Positions 37,547-49,895 of a stretch of 64,000 nt of DNA are shown here, one piece after another. The translations under genes and the position numbers were made by a program. Under the pieces are notes generated by a model that was not told where the DNA came from, did no database searches, and was given only the letters and a program-made list of their open reading frames with translations. Each line of letters begins with the position of its first letter. Positions within the stretch are counted from its first letter, which is position 1. The DNA is taken from assembly GCF_963921235.1 (NCBI RefSeq), contig NC_086105.1, forward strand, positions 27,590,001-27,654,000, written 5' to 3'. The DNA comes from Mobula hypostoma (Eukaryota).

Positions 37547-39426
37547 GCTAGCTAGCTAGGAATATAAAGGAGGATAGCAAAAGTTTTTTGTTTTTTTTTG
37601 GTATGTGAAGAGAAGGAAGATAGTTAAGAACAATGTTGGGCCCTTGAAGAATGAATTGGGAGAAATTGTTATGGGAAACAGAGAAATGGCAGATGAATTT
37701 AATAAGTACTTTGGATCTGTCTTCACTAGGGAAGACACAAGCAATCTCCCAGATGTATGGATGGGCCAAGGACATAGGGTAACAGAGGAACTGAAACAGA
37801 TTGACATTAGGAAGGAAACAGTGATGAGTAGACTGATGGGACTGAAGGCTAACAAATCCCCAGGTCCAGATGGTCTGCATCCTAGGGTACTAAAGGAGGT
37901 GGCTCTGGAAATTGCAGATGCATTGGTGATCATTTTCCAATGTTCCTTAGATGCAGGATCAGTTCCTGAGGATTGGTGAATGGCTAATGTTATCCCACTT
38001 CTTAAGAAAGGAGGGAGGGAGAAAACAGAGAACTATCGCCCTGTTAGCCTAACATCAGTAGTGGGGAAGATGCTAGAGTCCATTATTAAAGATGAAATAG
38101 CGGCATATCTTGATAGCAGTGATAGGATTGGGCCGAGCCAGCATGGATTTACCAAGGGCAAATCATGCTTGACTAATCTATTGGAGTTTTTCGAGAATGT
38201 AACCAGGAAGATAGACGTGGGAGATCCAGTGGATGTGGTGTACCTTGACTTTCAGAAGGCATTTGATAAGGTACCACATAGGAGATTGGTGGGTAAAATC
38301 AGACCTCATGGCATTGGGGGGAGGATATTGACATGGATAGAAAACTGGTTGGCAGATAGAAAGCAAAGTGTAGCAGTGAATGGGTGTTTCTCAGAATGGC
38401 AGGTGGTGACTAGTGGGGTGCCACAGGGCTCGGTATTGGGACCACAGCTGTTTACGATTTACGTCAATGATTTAGAGGAAGGCATTGTGAATAACACCAG
38501 CAAGTTTGCTGATGATACTAAGCTGGGTGGCAGTGTGACATGTGATGAGGATGTTAGGAGAATTCAAGGTGACTTGGATAGGCTGGCTGAGTGGGCAGAA
38601 ACTTGGCAGATGGCGTTTAATGTGAATAAGTGTGAGGTTATTCACTTTGGGAGCAAGAACAGGAAGGCAGATTATTATCTGAACGGTGTGGAGTTAGGTA
38701 AGGGAGAAATACAAAGAGATCTAGGAGTACTTGTTCATCAGTCTCTGAAGGTGAATGAGCAAGTGCAGCAGGCAGTGAAGAAGGCTAATGGAATGTTGGC
38801 CTTTATTACAAAGGGAATGGAGTACAAGAGCAAGGAAATCCTTTTGCATTTGTACAGGGCCCTGGTGAGACCATACCTGGAGTATTGTGTGCAGTTTTGG
38901 TCTCCAGAGTTAAGGAAGGACATCCTGGCTGTGGAGGAGGTGCAGCGTAGGTTCACTAGGTTAATTCCTGGGATGTCCGGACTGTCTTACGCAGAGAGGT
39001 TAGAGAGACTGGGCTTGTACACGCTGGAATTAAGGAGATTGAGGGGGGATCTGATTGAGACATATAAGATTATTAAGGGATTGGATAAGATAGAGGCAGG
39101 AAATATGTTCCAGATGCTGGGAGAGTCCAGTACCAGAGGGCATGGTTTAAGAATAAGGGGTAGGTCATTTAGGACAGAGTTGAGGAGGAACAACTTCTCC
39201 CAGAGAGTAGTGGAGGTGTGGAACACGCTGCCTCAGAAGGCAGTGGAGGCCAATTCTCTGGATGCTTTCAAGAAGGAGCTAGATAGGTATCTTATGGATA
39301 GGGGAATCAAGGATTCTGGGGACAAGGCAGGAACCGGGTATTGATAGTAGATGATCAGCCATGATCTCAGAATGGTGGTGCAGGCTCAAAGGGCCAAATG
39401 GTCTACTTCTGCACCTATTGTCTATT
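37547..39426 (+). mobile_element. Young CR1 LINE, 5'-truncated, with 454-aa open RT region
   Basis: ORFs 37605-37979 and 37980-39344 are in frame, separated by one TGA; QHGF, GVPQGSVLGP, YVND, FADDTKLGG; intact 3' tail ending cctattgtctatt. Confidence 0.97.
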
Positions 39427-39737
39427 ATATGTTAGACCCTATTCCTAGTGGGGTGGTGGGAGGATGGGGTACCCACAAGATTATGTCAAGCCAGATCCTA
39501 AATGTTAGTAGAAATTAGCCTAAAACACAGTAACTTGGAAACAAAATAAAAATACAATTTACATTTTATTAAGCATATTTCACAAAAAACGTAATTTATA
39601 AAGAACATATGGGCTAAACAATATCTAATTGGGGGTGGAGAGGAGATTGAAAACCATGTACAAATAAAAATGTGAAGTATATTTACAGACATTGGTGGAC
39701 TATCATGGCAATTCTGTTTGTGAACATTTTTACATAC

Positions 39738-39935
39738 CATCTCCAGCTCTTCTCTCAGAGCACAAATTGCTCTCTCTCTTCTAGATACAAGTTCTTCCAA
39801 ATATTGATAACGCAGCTTCTTCCTTGCCCGGCATTCTCGAGCACTCTGGCGACTTCTTTCTAGCTTTGCCTTTAAATCAATTTTCGCAGGTTTTCGCCCT
39901 CGCTTTCCTGGTTTCTTCACTTTTCCTCCCACTGC
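39738..39935 (-). CDS. CREBL2: CREBL2 coding exon 2 (bZIP basic region/zipper)
   Basis: 198 nt, tacag|GCA...ATG|gtatgt; encodes AVGGKVKKPGKRGRKPAKIDLKAKLERSRQSARECRARKKLRYQYLEELVSRRERAICALREELEM. Confidence 0.97.
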
Positions 39936-39994
39936 CTGTATGAGGATAAATGCCAGCATGACAGCAATTCAAGATTCAATCGTTTTATTTCTTA

Positions 39995-41128
39995 AAATTA
40001 CATAAGAATGTAAGAAATCAGAGCATGAATGAACAATTTGGCCCCAGGAACCCAGTCCACTTTCATATACATCATAGCTAAGTTTATTTCAAAACCATTT
40101 CCCTGCACTATTCTAAAGTCCCTCCAATATCTATCAGATAGCTGAATTAAAACATTAAGTTTTGAATGCAGTCAATGACTTAGAATGCACTCATCATGAA
40201 CTCCAAAGCTGCACCACCTGCCAGATGAAGAATTAGCTCCTTATAAAAGCCCCAAATAGCCTATTTTTTTCCCAGAGACTCTGGTATCTAATTCTAGTTT
40301 ATCAGCATGAGAAAAATCCTTTCCACATTTTCTCTGTCAAACCCCTCTCAGAATTTTGTAAATTTTAATGAGATCAATTTTCATTCCTCTAAGTGCTGGA
40401 AGGCAGAGGCCTAGTTTACTCAATTTCAACTCATTGGAAGACTTGCCCTCCTATAAACCAGTCTGGCAAATCTTGCTCCCATTCCTCCAAACTAAGAGTA
40501 TTCTTTGTTAGGTGGGAAGATCAAAATTGTGCATGATGTTTCTGGTATAGTCTCACCAGGATAGTAAAACGCATAATTGTTGTAGGATATCTTTATTCAT
40601 ATATACAAAACCTCTTGCAATATAGGTCCACATATCACTTACCTTTCAAATTGCCTACTGCATGCACACGTCAGATTAAAGTAATTGATTCAAAAAGGAT
40701 TCCAGTGACCTTGTGCACATGGACATTTTCTAAAAAAAAGTAATACAGCACAGAAACAGGCCTCTTGGCCATCGAGTCTATGCCAAATCATAAATCTGCC
40801 CAGCCCCAACAACCTGCACCCAAATGATAGCCCTCTACATTCCTCACATACATGTAACTGTTCAAATTTCTTTTAAATGTTGAAATCAACCCCACATCCA
40901 CCACTTGTGCTGGATCAACACTCATACCACCCTCTAAGTGAAAAAGCTCTCCCCTCATGTTCCCCTTAAACATTTCACTTTTCATCCATAATCCATGATC
41001 TCTAGATGTGGTCTCACTTTTTTAGTTGAAAAAAGCCTACTTATACCCTCATAATTTTGCATACCTCTATCAAAACTCCCCTCAATCTTCTACATGCTAT
41101 GGAATAAAGTCCTAACCTATTCAACTTT
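39995..41128 (-). mobile_element. Two degraded CR1 3' fragments
   Basis: Tails cataagaatgtaagaa (~40000) and tacagcacagaaacaggcc (~40744); gaataaagtcctaacctattcaac shared with ~16755. Confidence 0.7.
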
Positions 41129-41129
41129 T

Positions 41130-41680
41130 GTGTAGTGGACAATACGTATATTGACTGGCTGCTTCACAGACAGATATACAAACACCAATGCCCTCAAACA
41201 GAAAATCCTACAAAAAGTAATGAATACAGCCCAGTCCATCATGGATAAAGCCCTTCCCAGCATTCAGCACATCTACACTACACACTGTCGCAGGAAAGTG
41301 ACATCCATCATCAGAGACCTCCATCACCCAGGTCATCCTCTCTTCTCACTACTGCCATCTGCAAGAAGCCTCAGGACTCACACCACAAAGTTCAGGAACA
41401 GTTATTACCACTCAGCCATCAGGCTCTTGAGCCAAAGGGGATAACTTCACTTGCCCCATCACTGAAATGTTCCCACAACCTATGGACTCACTATCAAGAA
41501 CACGTCACTTCTTATTCTCAATATTTATTGCTTATTTATTTAATATTATTATTTCTTTCTTTTTGTATTTGCACACTGCTTGAACACCCAGTTAGTGAGG
41601 TCGTGGCTGCAAGAAAATGAATCCCAGTATTGTCTATGGTGATACACACGTACTTTGATAACAAACTTACTTTTGAATGT
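41130..41680 (+). mobile_element. Rex1/Babar 3' fragment
   Basis: LQKVMNTAQSI...SIIRDLHHPGHPLFSLLPS...FRNSYY. Confidence 0.85.
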
Positions 41681-42096
41681 TTCCTCTCTCACCATTTCCT
41701 TACCTAAATGCATATCATCCCCCACCCCCACAAACCTCCCAAACCTCCCAGTGCCTCTATCTACTCGGTTGTCCAGTCACTTGTCTGTATTTGCTTGCAT
41801 CTTCATTAATTTGACCGTGAGTAACTGGGAAATAACTCTCAATTTAAAGACATGATGCATCCAATTTCATGGCATTGCCTTAAAATCTCATCATTTTTAA
41901 ACAGGCGTATCCATGGAACATTTACAACCATTCAGGACAAAACTGAACAGGAGGTAAATTGGCGCAGCAGCAAGCTTAAAACAAAGGTTTGTATCTCATT
42001 TACTGAAAATGCATAAATTAAAAAAGGGAATGCCAGCGGCTCTTGAAGCAGATCCATTTGACGTCGTCTGCTTCCAGCTCCAGGCTGTGTACTTAC

Positions 42097-42111
42097 CTTA
42101 CTTTCATCCAT
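42097..42111 (-). CDS. CREBL2: CREBL2 coding exon 1 (MDESK)
   Basis: Minus strand reads ATGGATGAAAGTAAG|gtaagt, a perfect donor at the edge of a CpG island; matches the 15-nt MDDSK first coding exon of vertebrate CREBL2. Confidence 0.92.
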
Positions 42112-42600
42112 CTCCACGCTCCACCGTCCGATACGGCCGGCTCGGGCCCCGGTCACGGAACTGGCGGGTGGGCCGGGTCTCGGTGAAGGGACAGCGGACG
42201 CCTCGAGTGCCGGACCGTACGGCAGCTCAGGCCCCGGTCACCGAAGGCGGGCGACTCGGAGCAAGGTCAAGGGACAGTGCACGGCGGGCGGCACGGGCCT
42301 TGGGTGAAGGGACAGGCGACGGCTCGAGTCCCGGACTGAACGGCGGCTAGGTCTCCGGTCGCGGATCAGGCGGGTGGTTCGAGATCCGGTCAGGGACAGG
42401 CGGGCGCTTGCGAACCCAAACTCGGGGACTTTAAAAACTCCCGACCGTCAGAGGTAAACAAACACTGCTCTCAGTGCGCATGTGAACGGAGGTGTCATCG
42501 CTCGGGGACGGGAAAGGGAAACATCATCAAGCCGCGCTCTGTCCGCTCCGCTCCCTCACACCCAGACCTGGTGGGCGGTGATCCTGTGGTTAGGCCTCTG
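42112..42600 (-). promoter_or_regulatory. CpG island: CREBL2 5'UTR and promoter
   Basis: Sharp GC/CpG enrichment immediately upstream of the CREBL2 ATG in an otherwise CpG-depleted window. Confidence 0.85.
42130..42412. repeat. Degenerate GC-rich minisatellite (~10 units of ~27-32 nt) in the CREBL2 5' region
   Basis: Recurrent ggcgggcggctcgggccccggtca/gggaca-like units; higher-order ~121-nt period (ggtgaagggacag...ctcgagt.ccggac at 42182 and 42303). Confidence 0.6.
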
Positions 42601-44044
42601 CCCCCTACACCTGTGGAAATCTGATGTAGGCGCTGTGCCAATGATGCCACTTTAATACGGGTTCTGGGTTCTCTCCAGATTGAAATTCAATTTTGCGAGG
42701 ATTATTTCTCCCCAGATAAACGTTGGCCACGTTATGTTGGATTGTTCTTTCAGACCAAAGGAATATCTATAACATTTCGCTTCTCTTATATGAGGCCTAT
42801 ATACTTAAGTCTCACCTTGGATTCGTAGCAATATATTGACTCCTCTGAGGACTACAGCATCGAATCTATATGGCTATTTTGATTTTAAAAAACGAGAAAA
42901 TTGAGTTTTCTTATGTGATAATTGTATATATGTAAATATGTATATAAAAGAAAATTTGAAACCCGCAGTTTCTGGTGGAAACGTGAAGTAAAATCAATAT
43001 TCTGGAAATGACTCACTCATTGGGCGAGGCATTACATGGAAAGAAAAGGGGTTAATGTACTGACTTTTGGTCAGTAGGATATTGTAACTATTGCCTTGAT
43101 ATACAACAGCCCACAGTTCAGCTATTCATTCTGAAATCTGTGCATCACCAGGCAAGGCTTGCATTTATTTGCCCATCCCTAATTGTCCGAATTAGTGGAT
43201 TAGCAGTTTGAATTCTGGGTGGGGGAGAGAGTAGGAGCAGTGGGGCTTGTTTCACTGTTGTTGCTTGGTATATTCTGTTTTGTTCTGCTGAATATTGTAG
43301 CCATACTATGTTGGCACCAGAGTTTGGGGTGACATTTGCAGGTTGCCCCCAGCACGTCCTTGGGTGTGTTGGTTGTTAACGCAATTGACACATTTCATTG
43401 TTTGTTTTGATGTACATGTGATAATTCTGAATCCATTTACCCAGAGACACGAGTTTGAATACAACACAGATAATTAAACAATATAGAGGAAAAAATGTAA
43501 CAGTAACAATGAAACCACTAGAATGCAGTAAAAACCTAACTAGTTCACTTATAATCTTTGTTAAATGCTACATGTGACTCCAAGCCCAACAGGGTGGTTG
43601 TCTCTTGACTACTCCATTTTTTCAGCAATTACTGATTGACTATTAGTGTATTCCCAGCAAAGTCTACATCAAGTGAAAGAATAAAGAAAACTTTTATAAA
43701 CATCTTATGCTTTATTCTCATAATCTTACACAGACTCTTCTGAATCTAGAATAGCATTTCCCCTATTCAGTGTTTCATCATTATATATACCGTACTTGCT
43801 TTAACTGTGTTTTCATTCATTATTTTTATAATAAGTTAATACCTAAATTCTTGTTGTGAAATTGCCAGTGTCCAACAATACATCATAAAAAGTGTGAACT
43901 TTAAATAAAGTATAATTCAGCAGGGTCAATTATTACTTACCTTTTACAGCAATGACTTTTTTAAAAAAATACATCTTAAATGTATCTGATGATGCATTTG
44001 TTATTATTACACACATTATGTCACAATGACACATAAATCATTAA

Positions 44045-44172
44045 ATGAAGGGTCTTGACCCGAAGTGTCGACTGTTTATTCCTCTTCATAGATGCTGCCT
44101 GACCTCCTGAGTTTCTACAGAACTTTGTGGGTGTTTATCTGGATTTTTAGATTCTGCAGAATCTCTTGTGCT
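44045..44172 (+). mobile_element. PLE terminus + tail, decayed ribozyme
   Basis: atgaagggtcttgacccgaagtgtcgactg...atagatgctgcctgacc...tctgcagaatctcttgtg. Confidence 0.75.
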
Positions 44173-44459
44173 TATCATCTCATTTGTTCTAAATTCTCTG
44201 AAGAATTTTATTCTGAGAATCTTGACACTATCAAATTTAATCTACCTTATTCAAGTTGATCAATTTCATACACATTAGAATACTGATGAGAAATGCAGAG
44301 GCTAGTTCAGATCTCATTTAGCACTTGAAGTTGCAAAATAGTTTAAACTATTTATCACTCAAAAATTCTTGTTACACCAAAAGCCTAATTCTGTTTCTTT
44401 TAATATGTTTACAGTCTGTTAGAACTTAAAGCAGGAATTATTTTCCTCCTAGAAGGCTT

Positions 44460-45015
44460 GTTGTTCTGATCTTCCCATGTTCAGGATCTGGGTGGCATTA
44501 CTAAGGTGGCATTTATTGCCTACCCTAATGGCCTTGAAAAAGTGATGGTGATTTGCCTTCTTGAACCTCTGCAGTGCTGCTGGTGATGGTATTTCCACAG
44601 TGTTCTTAGACATAGGGTTCTGGGATTTAAATCCAGTAATAATGAACATACTTTTAAGTCAAGCTGTTGTGCTATTTGGAGGGGAAGCTTTCCCTTGACC
44701 TTTCTGGTAGTAGAGGTTACAGATTTGGAAGGTGCTGTAAGTGTATACTTGACAATTAATTACTGTGCATTTTATTGACAATGCATACTGTGGACTGCAG
44801 GTGGAAGGAAAGAATGTGGTGCCAACTAAGTGAACTACTTTATGCCGATAGGAACTGAGCTTCGTGGGATTTACTGGCACTGCACATGTCCAGTCAATGG
44901 AGTGTATTCCATCACGTACCTGATTTGTGCCTTGGAGATTGCTCGAAAGGCCTTCCGATAAGTCACTCATCACAGAATACCTAGTTTCTGAGCTGCAGTT
45001 GTAGCTTCTGTACTT
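44460..45015 (-). mobile_element. Ancient LINE 3' remnant
   Basis: gccttcttgaacctctgcagt...tattccatcacgtacctgatttgtgccttg; same family as 2130-2830. Confidence 0.6.
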
Positions 45016-45224
45016 ATGTTGATATTGTTGAGCTTCTAATCAGTGAGGGTAAACTCTTTTCAGCATCCACCTTGTTAAGCTTTGCTGGAATCTTATAAGC
45101 ATCAACAAGGTGACCTCTCATTCTTCTCAAGTCATACTGAGCATAGTCCAATCTGCTCAACTTCATCCTCATAAGACCAGAAGACCTCACACCTGAAATC
45201 CTTCTGCCGAACATTTTCTGAACT

Positions 45225-45642
45225 GTTCAAAGTTTAAATTAAGCGTGTCGTCAAAGTACACAACCCTGAGATCCATTTTCTTGTGGGCATTCACAGTAGT
45301 ACAAAGAAACCCAACAGAATCAATGAAAACACACACAACAAATACAAACAGCTTACAGGATGTACAAAAAAACAAACTATGCAAACACAAAAAAGAGAAA
45401 AAAGTAATAATAATAAATAAATAAGCTATAAATATCGAGAATATGAGTTATAGAATTCTTTAAAAATGAATCGATAGTTTGTGGAATCAGTTCTGTGTTG
45501 GGATGAGTATAGTTATCCCCTCTGTTTTTAAGAAACTGATAGTTGAGGGATAATAACTGTTCCAGAACCTTGTGGTGTGGGACATGAGGTTCCTGCATCT
45601 CTTTCCTGGTGGCAGCAGTGAGAAAAGAGCATGGCCTGGATG
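45225..45642 (-). mobile_element. Rex1/Babar 3' end
   Basis: gttcaaagtttaaatt terminus; ggcagcagtgagaaaagagcatggcctggatgg (HPGHALFSLLP reverse). Confidence 0.8.
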
Positions 45643-45879
45643 GCCAACCATTAGGAATCCTGCCAAACCGTAGTCCTTTTCCTATCCTTTCTCAATTCCT
45701 TGAGCAACAGCTTAATTAAATTTATCTATACCATATCACATTGTTTGACGAAGTCAAACAGCGTATTTTTGACAGGCATTTACTCCTGCTCACTAGGTTG
45801 TTCAAAGTCTGTTTGCTGTCATACAATGCTTCAAATGCTCATCATTACAACAATATCCCTTGGAAGGTATTCTACAGGA

Positions 45880-48268
45880 CAGGGTATATAAGTATTTGTT
45901 TGGCATGGACTGGTTAAGGATAACCAGCATGGCTTTCTGCATGGTAAGTCATGTCTAACCAATCTTATACAGGGTTACTAGGGAAAAAGATAAAGGCAGG
46001 AGAGTAGAGTTGTCTACATGGACTTTAGTAAGGCATTTGACAAGGTCCCGAATGGGAGGCTGCTCTAGAAGTTTCAGTCGCTTGGCATCCAAGATGAGGT
46101 AGTAAATTGGATTAGACATTGGCTTTGTGGGAGAAGCCAGAGAGCGGTAGTAGAGGGTTGCCTCTCTGACTGGAGGCCTGTGACTAGTGGTGTGTCGCAG
46201 GGATCAATGCTGGGTCTTTTGTTGTTTGTCATCTATATCAATGATCTGGATGATAATGTGGTTAACTGGATCAGCAGATTTGGGAATGACCAATAACCCA
46301 AATCGTAAGAGTCAGAGAAGTACAGCACAGAACAGGCCCTTCAGCCCATCTAGTCCATGCCAAAACAATTTAAACTGCCTACTCCCATCAACCTACTCCA
46401 GGACCATAGATTGGGGGTGTATTGTAGAAGACCATCATGATTTGCAGAGGGATCAACATCAGCTGGAAAAATGGACAGAAGATGGCAGATCGAACTTAGT
46501 GTAGACAGGTGTGAGGACTTTGGTAGGACCAACCAGGATAGGTCTTACATAGTGAACAGTAGGACACTGAGGAGTGTGGTACAACAGAGGTATCTGGGAA
46601 TATAGGTCCATAATTCATTGAAAGTGGCTACACAGATTAATACGGTCGTAAAGAAAGCTTTTGGCACATTGGCCTTCATATGTACATGTGTACTCTGCCC
46701 CCTGCTGCACTCACTGTACACCCATGATTGTGTAGTCAAGTTTCCATTGAACTCAATATATAAGTTTGCTGATGACACCACAATTGTAGGTTGTATCTCG
46801 GGTAATGATGAGTTTGAGTACAGAGAGGAAATTAAGAACCTGGTGGCATGGTGCGAAGACAATAACCTATCCCTCAACGTCAGCAAGATGAAGGAATTGG
46901 TTGTTGATTTCAGAAGGAGTAGCCGACCGCACAACCCCATTTACATTGGTGGTGCGCAAGTGGAACAGGTCACAAGCTTTAAGTTCCTTGGGGTCAGTAT
47001 CACAAATGACCTGACTTGGTCCAAACAAGCAGAGTCCACTGCAAAGAAGGCCCACCAGTGCCTTTACTTCCTGAGAAAGCTAAAGAAATTTGGCCTGTCC
47101 CCTAAAACACTCACTAATTTTTATAGATGCACCGTAGAAAGCATTCTTATAGGGTGCATCACAACCTGGTATAGAAGTTGTCCTGTCCAAGACCGGAAGA
47201 AGCTGCAGAAGATCGTAAGCACAGCCCAGCACATCACAAAAACCAATCTTCTGTCCTTGGACTCACTTTACACTACACGCTGTCGGAGCAGTGCTGCCAA
47301 GATAATCAAGGACATGACCCACCCAGCCAACACACTTTTCGACCCTCTTCCCTCCGGGAGAAGGCTCAGGAGCTTGAAGACTCGTACGGCCAGATTTGGG
47401 AACAGCTTCTTTCCAACTGTGATAAGACTGCTGAACGGATCCTGACCCGGATCTGGGCCGTACCCTCCAAATAGCTGGACCTCCCTCTCGGTTTTTTTTT
47501 GCACTATCTTACTTTCCCATTTTCTATTTATGATTTATAATTTAAATTTTTAATATTTACTATTGAGTTGCACTCCAGGGAGTGTGAAGTGCAGAATCAA
47601 ATATCACTGTGATGATTGTACGTTCTAGTATCAACTGTTTGGCGACAATAAAGTATAAATTATAAAGTAAATCAATGTACTGAGCTCAGAAGATGGAATG
47701 TTATGCTGAAGTTGTATAGGACACTGGTGAGGCCTGGAGTAGTGTGCAGTTTTGGTCACCTATCTACAGGAATGATGTAAACAAGGTTGAAAGAGTGCAG
47801 AGAAAATCTACAAGGATGTTGCCAAATTTGGAGGACCTGAGTTATAAGGAAAGATTGAATAGGTTAGGACTGTATTCTTTAGAACATAGAAGATTGAGAG
47901 GAGATTTGATAGAGGTATACAAAACTATGTGAGGTATTGATAGAGTAAATGCAAGCACTCAGCTTGGGTGGGACTACAACCAGAGGTCACGGCTTAAGGG
48001 TGAAAGGTGAGAAGTTTGAGGTAAACATGAGGGAAAACTTCACTCAGAGGGTCATGAGAGTGTGGAATGAGCTGCCAGCACAAGTGGTGCATGCAAGCTC
48101 GATTTTAACATTTAAAAGAAGTTTGGATAGATACATGGATAGTAGGGATTTGAAGGACTATGGTCCCGTTGCAGGTCAATAGGAGTAGGCAGTTTAAATG
48201 GTTTTGGCATGGACTAGATGGGCCAAAGGGCCTGTTCTGTGATGTACTGCTCTGACTCCATGACTCTT
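45880..48268 (+). mobile_element. CR1 LINE 3' half, degraded; hosts a Rex1 insertion and an inverted CR1 tail (~46310-46408)
   Basis: QHGF, DFSKAFDKV, QFWSP, RLRGDLIEVYK; CR1 text ggccttcata|aatcaa is split by the Rex1 copy. Confidence 0.88.
46681..47669 (+). mobile_element. Young Rex1/Babar LINE, 5'-truncated, open RT C-terminus
   Basis: VLCPLLHSLYTHDC, KFADDTTIVG, FKFLGVSI, HPANTLFDPLPSGRRLR...SFFPTVIRLLN; (ATAAAGT)-like tail. Confidence 0.93.
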
Positions 48269-48661
48269 GACAAAGCCCAGTCGTTGATGATGTTATGAAG
48301 GGGACATTAAAAAGTGCTTGTCTAATCAACATATTCCTATTGGTGATATCTAATTTAGTGTGCATTAAACATAATACCATTAGTAATGTTGGAATTCAAT
48401 TTAGTTTGAACATCTCAATAACAAGAGATGGTTAACAACAGGGTGACAATTTTAAATCAGCATCAACTTGGATTAAGTTTAGGTACATTATACCTTAACA
48501 GCTGCAGCATTGTTAACACATTGAGGATTGCTGCTGGACCACTTTTATTGCTCATGTTTTTATGCAAACATGTGAATGACGATGACTAGTTCTGTCATTT
48601 AATAAGATCATGGCTGATCTGACTATAACCTTACTCCAACATTACTGTTTGCCCATGGTAA

Positions 48662-48802
48662 GAGGCAGTCTGGTGGCACAGACGTTGGCACCACTGCCTC
48701 CTAGTTCCAGGAACACAGGTTTCATCCCAAGATTGGGCGCCATCTGTGTGGAGTTTCCACGTTATCCCAGTGTCCGTGTGACTTTCTCCTGGGTGCTCTG
48801 GT
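48662..48802 (+). mobile_element. V-SINE 5' part (tRNA-like head + core)
   Basis: tggtggcacag...cactgcctcctagttccaggaacacaggtttcatccc...ctgtgtggagtttccacgttatccc; truncated by Rex1. Confidence 0.7.
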
Positions 48803-49455
48803 TCAAAGTTCTATGTAAATTTATTATCAAAGTACATATACGTCACCAGATACTACCCTGAGATCCATTTTCTTGCAGACATTCACAATAAATACAAAGA
48901 AGCACTATAGAATCAATGAATAAATCACACAACAAAGACAGTCAAACATAATAGCATGTTAATGTGCAAAAGACAGAAAACTGTGCAAATACAAAAATAA
49001 TGAGAACAGAATAATAAATAAATCAATACGTGTGGAGAACATGAGTGTAGAGTGCTTGAAAATGAGTCTGTAGGCTATAGAATCAGCTCAGTGGTAGGGA
49101 GAGTGAAGTTATCCACTGATGATTGAGAAGAAGTGACTGTTCCTCAACCTGGTAGTGCGGGACCTAAGGCTCCTGTACCCTCCTTCCTGATGGTAGCACC
49201 ATGAAGAGAGCATGGCCTGGATGGTGGAGGTCCTTGATGATGGTTGCTACTTTCCTGCGACAGCACTTCCTGTAGATGTGCTCCACTACATTTTGTAGGC
49301 TTTTCCATGTCAGGGCATTGGTGTTTCCTTACCAGACTGTGATGCAACCAGACAGTACTCCCTCCACCACACATCTAGAGAAGATTGTCAAAATTTAGAT
49401 GACATGCCAAGTCTGCGCAAACTACTAAAGTAGAGGCTTTAGCATGCTTTCTTTG
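48802..49455 (-). mobile_element. Rex1/Babar 3' fragment
   Basis: ttcaaagttctatgtaaatttattatcaaag terminus; gagagcatggcctggatggtggaggtccttgatgat. Confidence 0.85.
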
Positions 49456-49703
49456 GATGCCATTTTTGTGTGACTATCTCTCCCTAAGTACCCACAGTGC
49501 TCCATATGGGCCTTCAACAATGTTCTGTGTAATTGTGGCAAGGCTTCCCAATTTTCTCTGTCCATCCCCTTTACCCACAAGATCACAAGAACAGTTCTTG
49601 GCTCCCTACAAATGACCGAGTTGCTGACGTTAATGTTTTAAAGTAGTGAGATCTGTGAATTGGAGACCAGAATTCCATCAAAATAAATTACATTCTTGAA
49701 GCA

Positions 49704-49895
49704 ACACACACAAAGTGCTGGCGGAGCTCAGCAGGTCAGGCAGCATCTATGGAAAAAAGTACAGTCAACGTTTCAGGCGGAGACCAAAGTCAACTCTACC
49801 TTTTTCTATATATGTTGCCTGACCTGCTGAGTTCCTCCAGCATGCTGTGTGTTGCTTGATTTCCAGCATCTGCAGATTCTCTCTTGTCTGTGTTT
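49704..49895. mobile_element. PLE fold-back insertion with 16-bp TSD, tail on the right
   Basis: TSD ttacattcttgaagca at 49688-49703 and 49896-49911; inverted arms of ~65 bp; tail ttgatttccagcatctgcagattctctcttg. Confidence 0.88.

Noticed and set aside
39498-39959. 153-aa ORF as a complete bZIP gene
   Set aside because: Only 39738-39935 is exonic; both ends run into intron sequence past clear splice sites.
42009-42350. 113-aa plus-strand ORF, and GTG-initiated N-terminal extension of CREBL2
   Set aside because: By-product of GC-rich repeats; the CREBL2 frame is closed by TGA at 42238-42240 and has no upstream ATG.
48662-48740. tRNA gene
   Set aside because: It is the decayed tRNA-like head of a SINE, followed by V-SINE core sequence.
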